From: Pseudomonadota bacterium | GTDB taxonomy: Bacteria; Pseudomonadota; Alphaproteobacteria; UBA9219; RGZA01 | Length of the DNA: 60,623 nt | NCBI GenBank assembly: GCA_048498415.1 | Contig: JBEHYA010000001.1 | Coordinates: forward strand, 1 to 60,623 | Direction: 5' to 3' | Part shown: piece by piece, positions 11,691 through 21,998 of the stretch | How the letters are laid out: each line of letters starts with the position of its first letter | Numbering within the stretch: position 1 is the stretch's first letter | Translations under genes and position numbers: made by a program | Notes under the pieces: generated by a model | What the model saw: the letters and a program-made list of their open reading frames with translations, nothing else | What the model was told of the DNA's origin: nothing | Databases searched by the model: none

Positions 11691-12611
11691 ATGCCCGCCA
11701 AAAAGCCGGTTCTTGAACTTTCCTATCTCGATGCCTTCCGCGACATGCTGGTGGCGGAACGCGGCGCCTCCCGCCACACGCTGGATGCGTATTTGCGCGA
11801 TATCCAGCAGGCCGCCAGCTGGCTCTCCCGCCACAAAATCGATATCGCTGTTGCTGGGCAAAAAGATGTCACTGGCTTTGTTGGTTCCCTGGAAGGCCTC
11901 GCCGCCAAAAGCCGCGCGCGCAAGCTCTCGAGCCTGCGCCAATATTACCGTTTCCTGATCTCCGAAGGTAAACGCAAGGACGATCCCACCGCCCAGATTG
12001 ATGCGCCAAAACTTGGCCGCAGCCTGCCCGGCGTGCCGAGCCCGGAAGAAATGGAAAGGTTGTTCACGGCCGTGGAAGGCGACGCGCCCGAAAATATTCG
12101 CCTGCGCCTGATGCTGGAACTCGGCTACGGTTCCGGCCTTCGCGTGAGCGAGCTGGTGAGCCTGCCGCTCTCCGCGCTCCGCCCCGACAGCCGCGCCATG
12201 ATTGTGCGCGGCAAGGGCGAGAAGGAACGGCTGGTGCCGTTATCGGAAGCCACGCGCCATGCCTTGCAGGATTATCTGAAAGTCCGCGCCACATTCATCG
12301 GCAAAGGCAAAACCTCCGCGTTTCTTTTTCCATCCACCGGCAAGGCAGGTTTTGTCACGCGCATCCGGTTTTACCAAATGCTCAAGGATGTGGCGGTTAA
12401 AGCGGGCGTGCCCCACCAGAAAATCCACCCGCATGCGCTGCGCCATGCCTTTGCCACGCATGTGCTGGCGGGCGGCGCGGATTTGCGCGCGCTGCAAACC
12501 ATGCTGGGCCATGCCGATATTGGCACCACGCAGATTTACACCCATGTCGTGCGCGATCATTTGAAAGTAACGGTGGAAAAACACCATCCGCTTGCCAAGA
12601 AAAGAGGCTAG
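11691..12611 (+). CDS. xerD: site-specific tyrosine recombinase XerD
   Basis: N-terminal SAM-like domain, catalytic LRVSEL, HALRHAFATHVL and GHADIGTTQIYTHV. Confidence 0.9.
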   Translation: MPAKKPVLELSYLDAFRDMLVAERGASRHTLDAYLRDIQQAASWLSRHKIDIAVAGQKDVTGFVGSLEGLAAKSRARKLSSLRQYYRFLISEGKRKDDPTAQIDAPKLGRSLPGVPSPEEMERLFTAVEGDAPENIRLRLMLELGYGSGLRVSELVSLPLSALRPDSRAMIVRGKGEKERLVPLSEATRHALQDYLKVRATFIGKGKTSAFLFPSTGKAGFVTRIRFYQMLKDVAVKAGVPHQKIHPHALRHAFATHVLAGGADLRALQTMLGHADIGTTQIYTHVVRDHLKVTVEKHHPLAKKRG

Positions 12612-12700
12612 CCGCGGCTTCCAGGGCGGCGGGTGAAAGTATTTGAGTTTATTTTCAATTTCGCCTAAACCCTACCCCTCAACCCCGGCCAGATAGATAC

Positions 12701-13657
12701 ATGCACCTTCTCGAATTCGAACACAGCATCGCCGAACTGGAAGCCAAGATCGAAGAGCTTCGCCATCTGGCCGGCGCCGGCAATGTCGATATCGCCGGCG
12801 ATGTCGCCAAGCTGAAGGGCAAGCTGGATCGCCAGCTGAAGCAGCTTTACGCCAAGCTGTCCCCATCACAAAAAGTGCAGGTCGCGCGCCATCCCAACCG
12901 CCCGCATACCCAGCAAATCATCAACGCTTTGATCGAAGATTTTGTGCCGCTGGCGGGCGACCGTTTATTTGGTGAAGATTACGCCATCATCGGCGGCCTC
13001 GGCCGTTTCCGCGGGCAACCCGTCATGATTCTAGGCCATGAGCGCGGCCATGATACCGAGAGCCGCATCAAACATAATTTCGGCATGGCCAAACCCGAAG
13101 GCTACCGCAAGGCGCAGCGCCTCATGAATATGGCGGCGCGTTTCAATATTCCGGTCATCTCGCTGGTCGATACCGCTGGCGCGTTCCCCGGCGTGGATGC
13201 GGAAGCGCGTGGGCAAGCGGAAGCCATTGCCAGCGGCATTGATGTGTGCCTCCAAATCCCTGTGCCGTTTGTGACCGTTATTATTGGTGAAGGCGGCAGC
13301 GGCGGCGCTATTGCGATTGCCGCGGCCGACCGTGTGCTGATGCTTGAGCATTCAATTTATTCGGTGATTTCGCCGGAAGGCTGCGCCTCTATTTTATGGC
13401 GCAGCGCCACCCATGCGGCGGAAGCCGCCGAATCGTTGCGTTTGACGTCGGAAGACCTGAAAACGCTTGGCGTGATTGATGAAATTATCGCCGAACCCCT
13501 GGGCGGCGCCCACCGGGCCCCGGAAGAGACAATCGCCAATATCGCAAATGCGATTGAGAAGCATCTTGGCGATCTGATCGGCACGGATGCGCAAAAACTT
13601 TTGAAGAATCGCCACGAAAAGTTTCTTGGCATGGGCCAGAAGGCGCTCAGCGCATAA
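12701..13657 (+). CDS. accA: acetyl-CoA carboxylase carboxyltransferase subunit alpha
   Basis: 318 aa with DTAGAFPG and IGEGGSGGAIAI motifs and the typical N-terminal LEFEHSIAELEAKIEELR. Confidence 0.95.
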   Translation: MHLLEFEHSIAELEAKIEELRHLAGAGNVDIAGDVAKLKGKLDRQLKQLYAKLSPSQKVQVARHPNRPHTQQIINALIEDFVPLAGDRLFGEDYAIIGGLGRFRGQPVMILGHERGHDTESRIKHNFGMAKPEGYRKAQRLMNMAARFNIPVISLVDTAGAFPGVDAEARGQAEAIASGIDVCLQIPVPFVTVIIGEGGSGGAIAIAAADRVLMLEHSIYSVISPEGCASILWRSATHAAEAAESLRLTSEDLKTLGVIDEIIAEPLGGAHRAPEETIANIANAIEKHLGDLIGTDAQKLLKNRHEKFLGMGQKALSA

Positions 13658-13875
13658 GTTGTTACAGCGCATGACGCGCATGCAATCGCTAGCGTAACAT
13701 CCCTCGAAACGTTTCCCGAACATTTCATATTCGGAACTGTTTTCCTGTGCATACGCACGCGCGGGCAAAATTTCTTGCAAGTATTCGTTAAGCATTCCAG
13801 CTTATAAAAAAATGATGTGGGGAATGTTCCCCCAGCATCTTCACGCTGCCCACCTGCTTAAAGGCGAGCCCTTTC

Positions 13876-15843
13876 ATGTCTTTATCCCTCAATAATATCC
13901 GCATTCTTCCCAAGCTGTTGGCCATTGCCTTCATCATGATTATTCCTTCGGTTTATCTGATGGTTCAACTGCTGAACGCCAACGAAGCGCAGATCGCCTT
14001 CAGCCAGGCGGAGCGCGATGGTAGCGATTTGATGGATGAAGCCGAAAATCTGGTGCTGGCCGGCGTGCAGGGCAACATCGCGGAGCACAAGGGCGAATCC
14101 AACCCCTATGCGAAATTTGATGCGGTGTTAGCCGAACTTAAAAAAGCTTCCGATAAATCGCCGTATGCCAGCAAGGAAGGCCTGAAGGCGATTGATGATG
14201 CGCAGGGCATTGAATTCAAACTGGACCGCGCCGTGGATCTGGTGACGGAAATTTCTGATAAATCCAATCTCACGCTCGATCCCGACATGGACAGCTTTTA
14301 CATCATGGACACGGTGGTGGTGAAAGTACCCAGTACGCTTATGGAATTAAGCGACGTCTATACCGATATGATGGCCAGCTTTCGCGATGGCAAAGTTTCC
14401 CCCGACCAACATGATGGCCTGATGGTCTCGCAGGCCCGCATCAATGGGTATATTGATGGCCTTAAAGCCAACCGCGATAAAGCATTTGCCAACAATACCG
14501 ATGGCTCGCTGCGCGAACATCTTGCTACCGATTTTGACAAGGTATTAGATGCCGCCAAGACATTTAATGACGAGGTGACGGCCCTTCTCAAAGCGGAAGA
14601 TTTAAAAAACATTTCGCAAGAACAGGTTGAAACAGCGTTTAATACCTTGGTGACCGCCGCCGACCACCTGGGCGACGATTCTAAAGAACAGCTCACGCGC
14701 CTGCTGGATAAACGCATCGGCGGTTTCCGTGCGACGGAAATTCGTAGCCTGATCATTGCCGGCGTGCTGTTCCTCCTCGCTTTCGCGTTACTCTTTATGG
14801 TGACAAGTTCCATCAACAAACCGCTGACCAAGCTGGTGGCCGCCATGGGCCGTCTGGCCGGCGGCGAACTGGAAGTTGAAGTGCCGGGCGGTACGCGCCG
14901 CGACGAAATCGGCGATATCAGCCGCGCCGTGACCGGCATTAAAGACAGCGTCGCCGAACGCGCCAAGAAGGAACAGGAAACGCTGGCCGAAATGCGCAAG
15001 GTGGAAATGGGCAAGCTGGCCGACCGGTTCGAAACCGGCGTGGGCGGCGTGGTGGAAACCGTCTCCAGCGCGGCAACCGAACTTCGCTCCAGCTCCGAAA
15101 ACCTCACCGTGCTGTCCGATGGCTCGGCGCAGCGCGCCACGGCCGTTGCGGCCGCCACGGAAGAAGCCACCGCCAGCGTGACCAACGTCGCGCATGCGGC
15201 GGAACAGCTGCTGGCTGCCATCAACGAAATCGCCCGCAAGGTTGAAGATTCGGCTAATACCACGCGTGAAGCGGTGGAACGGGCGATGTCGACCAACAAC
15301 ATCGTCATGGGCCTGTCGGAATCCGCCAAGAACATCGATAACGTGGTCAAGCTCATTCAGGATATCGCCTGGCAGACCAACCTTTTGGCCCTCAACGCCA
15401 CGATTGAAGCGGCCCGCGCCGGCGATGCCGGCAAGGGCTTCGCGGTGGTGGCGCAGGAAGTGAAAAGCCTGGCCGACCAGACCAGCAAGGCGACGGTGGA
15501 AATCTCCGAACAGATCGCCGGCATGCAGAATAATTCCAACGATGCCGTCAAAGCCATTCGCGATATTTCCGAGACGATCAACAACATCAACGCCATCTCG
15601 CAGTCGATCGCGGCGGCGGTGGAAGAGCAGTCGGCCTCGACGCGCGAAATCACCGACAACGTGCAGCAGACCTCGATCGGCGTGCAGGAAGTCTCGCGCA
15701 ACATCACGGCCCTCTCGGCTAGCGCGAGCGAATCCGGCGAAGCCAGCCGCCAGGTGCTGGGCGCTTCGGACGAACTTTCGACCAAAGCCGAACAGCTCCG
15801 CATGCTCATGGACAACTTCATCCATGAAATCCGCAAGGGTTAA
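13876..15843 (+). CDS. methyl-accepting chemotaxis protein with a ~270-aa periplasmic sensor domain
   Basis: Two TM segments, a HAMP domain and the conserved signalling hairpin [34 protein letters not shown]. Confidence 0.93.
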   Translation: MSLSLNNIRILPKLLAIAFIMIIPSVYLMVQLLNANEAQIAFSQAERDGSDLMDEAENLVLAGVQGNIAEHKGESNPYAKFDAVLAELKKASDKSPYASKEGLKAIDDAQGIEFKLDRAVDLVTEISDKSNLTLDPDMDSFYIMDTVVVKVPSTLMELSDVYTDMMASFRDGKVSPDQHDGLMVSQARINGYIDGLKANRDKAFANNTDGSLREHLATDFDKVLDAAKTFNDEVTALLKAEDLKNISQEQVETAFNTLVTAADHLGDDSKEQLTRLLDKRIGGFRATEIRSLIIAGVLFLLAFALLFMVTSSINKPLTKLVAAMGRLAGGELEVEVPGGTRRDEIGDISRAVTGIKDSVAERAKKEQETLAEMRKVEMGKLADRFETGVGGVVETVSSAATELRSSSENLTVLSDGSAQRATAVAAATEEATASVTNVAHAAEQLLAAINEIARKVEDSANTTREAVERAMSTNNIVMGLSESAKNIDNVVKLIQDIAWQTNLLALNATIEAARAGDAGKGFAVVAQEVKSLADQTSKATVEISEQIAGMQNNSNDAVKAIRDISETINNINAISQSIAAAVEEQSASTREITDNVQQTSIGVQEVSRNITALSASASESGEASRQVLGASDELSTKAEQLRMLMDNFIHEIRKG

Positions 15844-16270
15844 GCCTTATAAGGGTCTGCTCGTTTTTCTGCTGGCCATGCTCGGCTGGCATGGCCCGGC
15901 CTACGCCGAACCAACTTCTGTCGCAATTACCTGCACGGCGCGGGATAAGCCGGCGCTGCGTTTGCATGTGGAAGCGCTGGATCTGGTTATTTCCATTCTG
16001 ATATATACGCCGGGTTATCAGGAGTTGCAGAAGGGCGCGCGCGTAATGGCCATCGATAACAATAAAATTGGCAGTGCCGCCCAGGTAACGATGCCTGATG
16101 CGCATGGCAACAGCCCGTCAAATCCTATCAATGCCATTGTGACATTTGATGCGCTGGATTTAAAAGCCGGCGGCGTGGCAAAAGGCAAGGTGCAGCTCTC
16201 ACCCAAAAGCAATTTTGGCATTCCCTTCAATGCTACCATCGGCCAGGATGGCCCGTGTGACTGGCGATAA
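15824..16270 (+). CDS. small secreted protein of unknown function, translationally coupled to the MCP
   Basis: ATG at 15824 overlaps the MCP 3' end by 20 nt. Signal peptide [28 protein letters not shown]|EP. The mature ~120-aa protein has one Cys near each end. The upstream part of track ORF 15542.. lies inside the MCP gene. Confidence 0.6.
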   Translation: MKSARVKPYKGLLVFLLAMLGWHGPAYAEPTSVAITCTARDKPALRLHVEALDLVISILIYTPGYQELQKGARVMAIDNNKIGSAAQVTMPDAHGNSPSNPINAIVTFDALDLKAGGVAKGKVQLSPKSNFGIPFNATIGQDGPCDWR

Positions 16271-16292
16271 GAAAATACCCGTGCAATAAAAA

Positions 16293-16316
16293 GGCCCCGC
16301 AATGTGGGGCCTTTTT
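16293..16316. terminator. bidirectional Rho-independent terminator (secreted-protein gene / secA)
   Basis: ggcccc-gcaatgt-ggggcc flanked by an A-run upstream and a T-run downstream. Confidence 0.75.
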
Positions 16317-16336
16317 CTTTAGTGGGGCCTTTTTCT

Positions 16337-19069
16337 TTATTCAAACTTGCCGTGGCAATGTTTGTATTTCTTGCCGGAACCGCATGGGCAGGGGGCGTTG
16401 CGCTGGCTTTTGCCCCATGTGCTGGGGTCGTTTTTGTTGAACGGTGCGGCGGAAACGCGGGTTGCTTCCTTGCCATAGGCGGTGGGCGCAGCGTCGCGGC
16501 GCATGCCGGGGGGCAATTCATCATCCGCGCTGCCGTCGCTTTCCACCGTTTTCTGCGCGGAAAGCTTGGCCGCCATTTCTTCTTCGCTCATCACCTGCGC
16601 CTGGGCGACCAGCAAATTACTTGTCACCTGCACGCGCAAATTATCCAGCATGCCGCTGAACAGATCGAAGGCTTCGCGGCTATATTCATTCAATGGGTCG
16701 CGCTGGCCGTAAGCACGCAGGCCGATGCCGCTGCGTAAATGATCCAGCTGCAATAAATGGTCTTTCCATAATTGATCAAGGGTGGAAAGCAGCACCATCT
16801 TTTCCACCTGCGGCAGCGCGCCTTCCGGCAGGCTGGCGGCGCGGGCTTTATAGCGGGCTTCCGCCGCATCCTTTAAGCGCTGGCTGGCCATGGCATCCGA
16901 GAAATCGGCTTCCTTGCCCCAGTCTTCCACCTGCACATCGAGATGCAGCACGTCATGCGCGCGCGCCTGCAGGCCAGCCAGATCCCACTGCTCGGGGTAG
17001 GAATTCGGCGGAATGGCCTGCGCCACCAGCGCCGTGATCACATCATCGCGCATGGAAACAATGGTCTCCGACACGTTATCGGCGGCCATGATCTCGCGGC
17101 GCTGTTCGTAAATAACCTTGCGCTGGTCGTTCATGATGTTATCGAATTTCAGCAGGTTCTTGCGCACATCGAAGTTACGCGCTTCCACTTTTTCCTGCGC
17201 CTTTTCAAGCGCCCGGGTAATCCACGGGTGGTTGATGGATTGGCCATCACGCAGGCCTAAGCTTGCCAGCATCGCATCCATGCGGTCGGCGCCGTAAATG
17301 CGCAGCAAATCATCCTGCAACGACAGAAAGAAAATCGATGCGCCGGGATCGCCCTGACGGCCCGAACGGCCACGCAGCTGGTTATCGATGCGGCGGGATT
17401 CATGACGCTCGGTACCGATCACACAGAGACCGCCAGCTTTCCGTACTTCCTCGCGCGCGGTTTCAACTTCGGAGCGAATTTCCTGAATGCGGCGATTGCG
17501 CTCGTTTTCATCCGTCACATCCGCCAGTTCCTGCTGGATGCGCATATCCACGTGGCCGCCCAGCTGAATATCGGTGCCGCGGCCTGCCATGTTGGTCGCA
17601 ATCGTCACGGCGCCCGGGCGGCCGGCTTGGGCAATAATATACGCTTCCTGCTCGTGGTAACGGGCGTTCAAAACGTTATGCGGAATTTTGTGCTTCTTCA
17701 TCTGCTCGGAAAGAATTTCCGATTTTTCGATGGAGACGGTGCCAACCAGCACCGGCTGGCCTTTCTTGCGGCATTCTTCCACCAGTTCCACAATCGCATC
17801 GTACTTTTCCTGCGCCGTGCGGAAGACCACGTCTTCATCATCCACGCGCGAGACCGGTACGTTGGTGGGAATTTCCACGACCGACAGATTATAAATTTCT
17901 TCGAATTCCGCGGCTTCCGTCATCGCCGTGCCGGTCATACCGGCCAGCTTGGGATACAGGCGGAAATAATTCTGGTAGGTGATGCTGGCCAGCGTCTGGT
18001 TTTCGCGCTCGATCTGTACGCCTTCCTTGGCCTCCAACGCCTGATGCAGGCCTTCGCCATAACGGCGGCCTTCCATCATGCGGCCCGTGAATTCATCGAT
18101 GATCATCACCTGGCCGTCTTTAACAATGTAATCCACATCGCGCGTGAACAGCGTGTGGGCGCGGAGCGCCTGCTGCATGTGGTGCAGCACATTCACATTG
18201 ATGCTGGCATAAAGCCCGCCCGGCTGCAGCATGCCGGCATCGCCCAGCCATTGCTCGGCTTCTTCCATGCCGGCTTCGGTCAGCGTCACGGTGCGGTGCT
18301 TTTCGTCTTTTTCGTAATGCTGCGGTTTTAAGTTGGCCGCGATAATCGCATTCACTTTTTCATACAGCGCCGAAGAATCTTCCGCCTGACCGGAGATGAT
18401 CAGCGGCGTGCGCGCTTCATCAATCAGAATGCTATCCACTTCATCCACCAGCGCGAAGTTGAACGGGCGCTGCACCAGTTCCGAGGCGCGGAACTTCATG
18501 TTATCGCGCAAATAATCAAAGCCGAATTCGTGGTTTGTGCCGTAGGTAATATCGCAGTTATACGCATCGCGGCGTTCCTGCTCGGTCATATCATGCACAA
18601 TGCAGCCGACCGTGAGGCCCAGGAAGCGATGCACCTGACCCATCCAGCCGCTATCGCGTTTTGCCAAATAATCGTTCACGGTGATGATATGCACGCCTTT
18701 ACCCGTCAGCGCGTTCAGGTAGGCGGGCAGGGTGGCGACCAGCGTTTTACCTTCACCCGTTTTCATTTCCGAGATGCGGCCCTGATGCAGCACGGCGCCG
18801 CCCATCAGTTGCACATCGAAATGGCGCTGACCCAGCGTGCGCTTGGCGGCTTCGCGCACCAGCGCAAAAGCTTCGGGCATCAGCTTGTCTAATTTTTCGC
18901 CATTCTTGGCGCGGGCGCGCAGCGCATCCGATTCGGCGCGCAGCGCCTCGTCACCCATGCCCTGATATTTGGCTTCCAGCGCGTTCACCGCCGCGGCAAT
19001 AGGGCGTAAATCCTTGACCACGCGGTCATTGGCGGAACCAAAAAGGGAACGAGCAAGATTGCCCAGCAT
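16337..19069 (-). CDS. secA: preprotein translocase ATPase SecA
   Basis: Motor motifs [13 protein letters not shown] and [19 protein letters not shown], plus the C-terminal zinc finger [14 protein letters not shown]. The canonical start [11 protein letters not shown] at 19069 follows AGGA; the track ORF extends 21 codons further upstream. Confidence 0.96.
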   Translation of the reverse strand: MLGNLARSLFGSANDRVVKDLRPIAAAVNALEAKYQGMGDEALRAESDALRARAKNGEKLDKLMPEAFALVREAAKRTLGQRHFDVQLMGGAVLHQGRISEMKTGEGKTLVATLPAYLNALTGKGVHIITVNDYLAKRDSGWMGQVHRFLGLTVGCIVHDMTEQERRDAYNCDITYGTNHEFGFDYLRDNMKFRASELVQRPFNFALVDEVDSILIDEARTPLIISGQAEDSSALYEKVNAIIAANLKPQHYEKDEKHRTVTLTEAGMEEAEQWLGDAGMLQPGGLYASINVNVLHHMQQALRAHTLFTRDVDYIVKDGQVMIIDEFTGRMMEGRRYGEGLHQALEAKEGVQIERENQTLASITYQNYFRLYPKLAGMTGTAMTEAAEFEEIYNLSVVEIPTNVPVSRVDDEDVVFRTAQEKYDAIVELVEECRKKGQPVLVGTVSIEKSEILSEQMKKHKIPHNVLNARYHEQEAYIIAQAGRPGAVTIATNMAGRGTDIQLGGHVDMRIQQELADVTDENERNRRIQEIRSEVETAREEVRKAGGLCVIGTERHESRRIDNQLRGRSGRQGDPGASIFFLSLQDDLLRIYGADRMDAMLASLGLRDGQSINHPWITRALEKAQEKVEARNFDVRKNLLKFDNIMNDQRKVIYEQRREIMAADNVSETIVSMRDDVITALVAQAIPPNSYPEQWDLAGLQARAHDVLHLDVQVEDWGKEADFSDAMASQRLKDAAEARYKARAASLPEGALPQVEKMVLLSTLDQLWKDHLLQLDHLRSGIGLRAYGQRDPLNEYSREAFDLFSGMLDNLRVQVTSNLLVAQAQVMSEEEMAAKLSAQKTVESDGSADDELPPGMRRDAAPTAYGKEATRVSAAPFNKNDPSTWGKSQRNAPCPCGSGKKYKHCHGKFE

Positions 19070-19333
19070 GGCGTTTTCCTGAGTGTTAATTGAAGTCGTC
19101 CACAATAAAGCGGTTGAATGGGGCGAATGCAAGGCTTAATGGCCCTTATATCGCCTATCCATGCCGCAGAAACGCCGTTTTTTAACGCTTAAACAGGGCC
19201 CAGCCGGCAAGGGAGGGGCCTTGCGAGAGGCGGCATCGCTTGCTACATCAGGTGGGCGCCAATCAGGCCGCTTTCAAGCCCCGCTTTTCCCGGCTTAATT
19301 CACCCAAGGTTTTCTTCAAAAAAAGGACGACGA

Positions 19334-20194
19334 ATGACACACAAGCTTCTCCTCAGCCTCGCGCTTGCTGGCAGCCTTGCCATGCCGATGCTGGCGCATG
19401 CCGACGACGATACCGTGCTGGCCCGCGTCAACGGTTCCGAAATCAAGAAGTCGGATGTGATGCGCGAACTGGCCTCCCTGCCGCCGCAGCTCCAGCAGAT
19501 CCCGGTCGACCAGATTTACCCCAAGCTGCTGGAACGTATGGTGGATAGCCGTTTACTTTTGGCCGAAGCCAAGAAGCAGAAGCTGGATCAAAGCGATGAT
19601 TTCAAGCAGCGCGAAGCGCGTTCCGATGAACGCATCCTCACCGACATGGTGCTGCGCGCCAAGGTGAAGTCGATGATCACCGACGATAAGGTGAAAGCCA
19701 AGTACGACAGCATCGATAAATCGAAGATCGAAGAAGAAGTGAAGGCCGCCCACATTCTGGTCAAGACCGAAGCGGAAGCCAAAGACATCATCGCGCAGCT
19801 CGCCAAGGGCGGCGATTTCGCCAAGCTCGCCGCTGAAAAGTCGGCCGATAAGGGTTCCGCTGCGCAAGGCGGCGAACTCGGCTACTTCACCAAATCGAAG
19901 ATGGTGCCGGAATTTGCCAAGGCCGCTTTCGCCATGAAAGTCGGCGAGACCAGCAAAACCCCGGTGAAGACCGATTTCGGCTACCACGTGATCAAGGTGG
20001 AAGACCGCCGCAAGATCACCATGGAAGAACTGAAGCCCGCGATCGAGAACATGATGGCCGACGAAATGGCCAACCAGTACATCGAAGGCCTGCGTAAAGA
20101 TGCCAAGATCGAGACCTTCGGTCTCGATGGCAAGCCGCTTCCGGCCGAAGGCGCAGCGCATGCTGCGGCCCCGGCTCCTGCCGACAAGAAGTAA
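19334..20194 (+). CDS. periplasmic parvulin-type peptidyl-prolyl isomerase (SurA/PpiD-like)
   Basis: Signal peptide followed by the parvulin domain HILVKTEAEAKDI...GGELGYFTKSKMVPEFAKAAF...FGYHVIKVEDRR. Confidence 0.88.
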   Translation: MTHKLLLSLALAGSLAMPMLAHADDDTVLARVNGSEIKKSDVMRELASLPPQLQQIPVDQIYPKLLERMVDSRLLLAEAKKQKLDQSDDFKQREARSDERILTDMVLRAKVKSMITDDKVKAKYDSIDKSKIEEEVKAAHILVKTEAEAKDIIAQLAKGGDFAKLAAEKSADKGSAAQGGELGYFTKSKMVPEFAKAAFAMKVGETSKTPVKTDFGYHVIKVEDRRKITMEELKPAIENMMADEMANQYIEGLRKDAKIETFGLDGKPLPAEGAAHAAAPAPADKK

Positions 20195-20218
20195 GTTTAC
20201 TTCTTTTCTAAATTCAAA

Positions 20219-20250
20219 CCCCCGCTGCAAAACAGCGGGGGTTTTGTTTT
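20219..20250 (+). terminator. Rho-independent terminator of the PPIase gene
   Basis: cccccgctg-caaaa-cagcggggg followed by TTTTGTTTT. Confidence 0.8.
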
Positions 20251-20258
20251 ATTTATTT

Positions 20259-20346
20259 GCCTCATCCCGCACTTGATGCGGGATCCATCTGGCCGCTTGG
20301 CCGATATGGATCCCGGATAGCCGCTTCGCGTCTTCCGGGATGAGGC
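20259..20346. repeat. REP/MITE-like nested palindrome (family 2)
   Basis: Outer arms gcctcatcccg...cgggatgaggc enclose hairpins atcccgc-acttgat-gcgggat and atcccgga-N16-tccgggat. The first hairpin motif CTCATCCC(C)GC..G(C)GGGATCCA recurs at 60541-60568. Confidence 0.65.
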
Positions 20347-20382
20347 TTTTCTTATGATAGTAGCTTGGCATAAACTGCCGCG

Positions 20383-20820
20383 ATGTCCTGCGTTGATGTC
20401 ACCCTTCCGCCCGTTAAACCCCAACCTGTGCTGCTGGTGGTGGCTTGCGCCATTCTCGATGCGGATGGCCGCGTGCTGCTCACGCAGCGCCCCAAAGGCA
20501 AGGATATGGCGGGTTTATGGGAATTTCCCGGCGGCAAGGTGAATGCAAACGAGACGCCGGAAATGGCGTTGTGCCGCGAACTAAAAGAAGAACTCGGCGT
20601 GCAAACCAGCCCGGGGTGTTTATATCCCGCAACCTTTGCGAGCCACGCATACGAAAAATTTCATCTCCTCATGCCGCTTTATATCTGCCGCGTCTGGCAG
20701 GGCACGCCAACGCCGCATGAAGGCCAGCAGCTCGCCTGGGTGCGGGTGAATGAGATGAATAATTACGAAATGCCGCCGGCCGATGTGCCGCTGGTCGCGG
20801 CGCTGCGCGATTTATTATAG
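20383..20820 (+). CDS. mutT: Nudix hydrolase, MutT-type 8-oxo-dGTP diphosphatase
   Basis: Nudix box GGKVNANETPEMALCRELKEELGV. Size of 145 aa and end ...PPADVPLVAALRDLL are typical of MutT. Confidence 0.85.
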   Translation: MSCVDVTLPPVKPQPVLLVVACAILDADGRVLLTQRPKGKDMAGLWEFPGGKVNANETPEMALCRELKEELGVQTSPGCLYPATFASHAYEKFHLLMPLYICRVWQGTPTPHEGQQLAWVRVNEMNNYEMPPADVPLVAALRDLL

Positions 20821-21998
20821 GCAAGGCACAGCAGCAGGGCGGCTACGGCCACATGCCCCGCCGACCACCACGCCTGCAAAATCGAATAGGTGGTATTGAG
20901 CATACAGATGGCGGCATAGCAGGCAGCAAGCGCATAAGGCTGAAGTTCCGCGGGTAAAAAGCGCGTGCGGTCGGCCATCCATAATAACAGCCAGCCCCAC
21001 AGCAGCGCGCCGACCAGACCTAAATCCAGCCAGATTTGCAGAAACACGTTATGCGGGTGCTGGCTGATCACGGAAGTACCCGCCGGCATGTAACTGGCGG
21101 CTTCGTCCCGCACGGTGCTTTCAATCCCGCGCGAGGCATCCAGCCCATTGCCGAAAATGGGATGATCCGCCACATGGCGCGCCGTGATCGCCCAGATTTT
21201 CATGCGGTGCTGGGCGCTATCGAAGAACCTGCCGGTAAATTCCTGCGGCGCCAGGGGCAGCATGGTCGCCAGCACCGGCGTGAACAAAAGGCCGAACACC
21301 ACGACTACCATTAATACCCAGCGCGTGAGCGCGACCTGATAATGCGCGAAAAATAAAACCACCAATCCCACGAACATCGCGAACAGCGCCGACCGGCTGG
21401 TGAGAAACGCGGCCAGCAGAAAGAACGCGATGACCGCCGCTTTTCCCAGCCACGGTTTTTTGTGCGAAAGCGCAAACGCAAATGGCCAGATGCTAAGGGC
21501 ATACAGCGCAACACCCCGCTTGGTTACGGCTTCGGTGAGCATTTCGCCGCTGCCCGGATGATTGACCATGCGGAAGAGGGGATGGCCAAACGCCAGCTCG
21601 CCCACCAGCACCACCAAGCCAATCGCCCAGCCAATCATGAAGCAGGTCTCGATGCGCTTTTGTGCGCGCGCATCAATCAGTTCGGCCGCCAGCAGCACCG
21701 CCGCCCCGCCCAGAATGGCCAATACCAGCCCCCACGCCATATCATCGGCGCGTGCGCTGGGGCTCCATAAAACGCTGAGACAACTGAAGCCAAGCGCAAT
21801 CAGCAAAATGATCGGCGTCTTGTGCTGCACGGAATGGCGCACGGTATTAAAATGCGCGATGCAGATGGGCAGGCACGCCGCAAACGCCACGCCCAGCCAG
21901 ATGGTGAGCAGGCGCGGGGCCTCCGCCATCATCGGGCCCAGAATAAGAAACAGCATTGGCAGCACCAGATGCTGCAACGGGGAAAGATATTTCATCAT
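20763..21998 (-). CDS. O-antigen ligase/polymerase (Wzy_C) family integral membrane protein
   Basis: 411 aa with about 10-12 hydrophobic helices and a large loop pattern typical of the O-antigen ligase family. Family-level call only. Confidence 0.6.
   Translation of the reverse strand: MMKYLSPLQHLVLPMLFLILGPMMAEAPRLLTIWLGVAFAACLPICIAHFNTVRHSVQHKTPIILLIALGFSCLSVLWSPSARADDMAWGLVLAILGGAAVLLAAELIDARAQKRIETCFMIGWAIGLVVLVGELAFGHPLFRMVNHPGSGEMLTEAVTKRGVALYALSIWPFAFALSHKKPWLGKAAVIAFFLLAAFLTSRSALFAMFVGLVVLFFAHYQVALTRWVLMVVVVFGLLFTPVLATMLPLAPQEFTGRFFDSAQHRMKIWAITARHVADHPIFGNGLDASRGIESTVRDEAASYMPAGTSVISQHPHNVFLQIWLDLGLVGALLWGWLLLWMADRTRFLPAELQPYALAACYAAICMLNTTYSILQAWWSAGHVAVAALLLCLAYNKSRSAATSGTSAGGIS

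Noticed and set aside
15542-15823. Upstream 94 codons of track ORF 15542-16270
   Set aside because: This part lies in an alternative frame inside the MCP gene. The signal peptide begins only at ATG 15824, so only the downstream part was annotated.
14358-15825. Two long minus-strand ORFs (332 and 345 aa) antisense to the MCP gene
   Set aside because: These are typical GC-rich shadow ORFs. Their products are low-complexity and Ser/Ala/Arg-rich with no SD or family features, while the plus-strand MCP is unambiguous.
16018-16524. 168-aa minus-strand ORF bridging the secA 3' end and the upstream secreted-protein gene
   Set aside because: It crosses a bidirectional terminator and overlaps two better-supported genes in other frames.
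17402-18331. 309-aa plus-strand ORF inside secA
   Set aside because: It is antisense to a clearly genuine secA. Its composition (H/R/F/A-rich) is typical of reverse-frame translation in GC-rich DNA.
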